The notes beneath the pieces were generated by a model. That model was not told the DNA's origin. It saw nothing but the letters and a program-made list of their open reading frames with translations, and searched no databases. This document shows, one piece after another, positions 63,887-64,000 of a stretch of DNA of 64,000 nt. The stretch lies in the NCBI RefSeq assembly GCF_036321535.1, contig NC_087437.1, forward strand, positions 26,910,001-26,974,000, read 5' to 3'. A program made the position numbers and the translations under genes. This stretch comes from Camelus dromedarius. Taxonomy: Eukaryota. Every line of letters starts with the position of its first letter. Positions within the stretch are counted from its first letter, which is position 1.

Positions 63887-64000
63887 TATGAAAATGAATA
63901 TATATATGTATATGCATGACGGGGACATTGTGCTGTACACCAGAAATTGACACATTCTAACTGACTGTAGTTCAAAAAAAAGAAAAGAAAAGAAAAGAAA
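63887..64000 (+). mobile_element. Short young L1 3' end with A-rich (AAAAG)n tail
   Basis: atgaaaatgaatatatatatgtatatgcatgac...gctgtacaccagaaattgacaca. Confidence 0.85.

Overview
Mammalian, repeat-rich, essentially non-coding DNA. It is most likely camelid (alpaca/camel), judged from tRNA-derived Vic-1-type SINEs and young L1 3' ends. I recognise no intact host protein-coding exon. The recognisable ORFs are L1 ORF1/ORF2 or ERV remnants, and the rest look like chance or antisense frames. A repeat-poor block at about 14.9-17.8 kb looks like a promoter or alternative-first-exon region of an unidentified gene. The most unusual structures are four. (1) An L1 ORF2 fragment (38806-39080) carries a dense strand-specific T>C cluster resembling fossil A-to-I (ADAR) hyper-editing, and is fused tail-to-tail to an unedited L1 5'UTR-ORF1. 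(2) A doubly truncated, internally deleted class I ERV (60596-63207) is bracketed on both sides by the same ~62-67 bp palindromic minisatellite instead of LTRs and a TSD. (3) A tailless 5'-half tRNA-His retrocopy has a 20-nt upstream extension and a TSD (12789-12844). (4) An 86-bp locally templated insertion is present (11991-12076 = 12887-12972). Repeat family names come from recalled consensus sequences, not a database search. Boundaries of old repeats are approximate.
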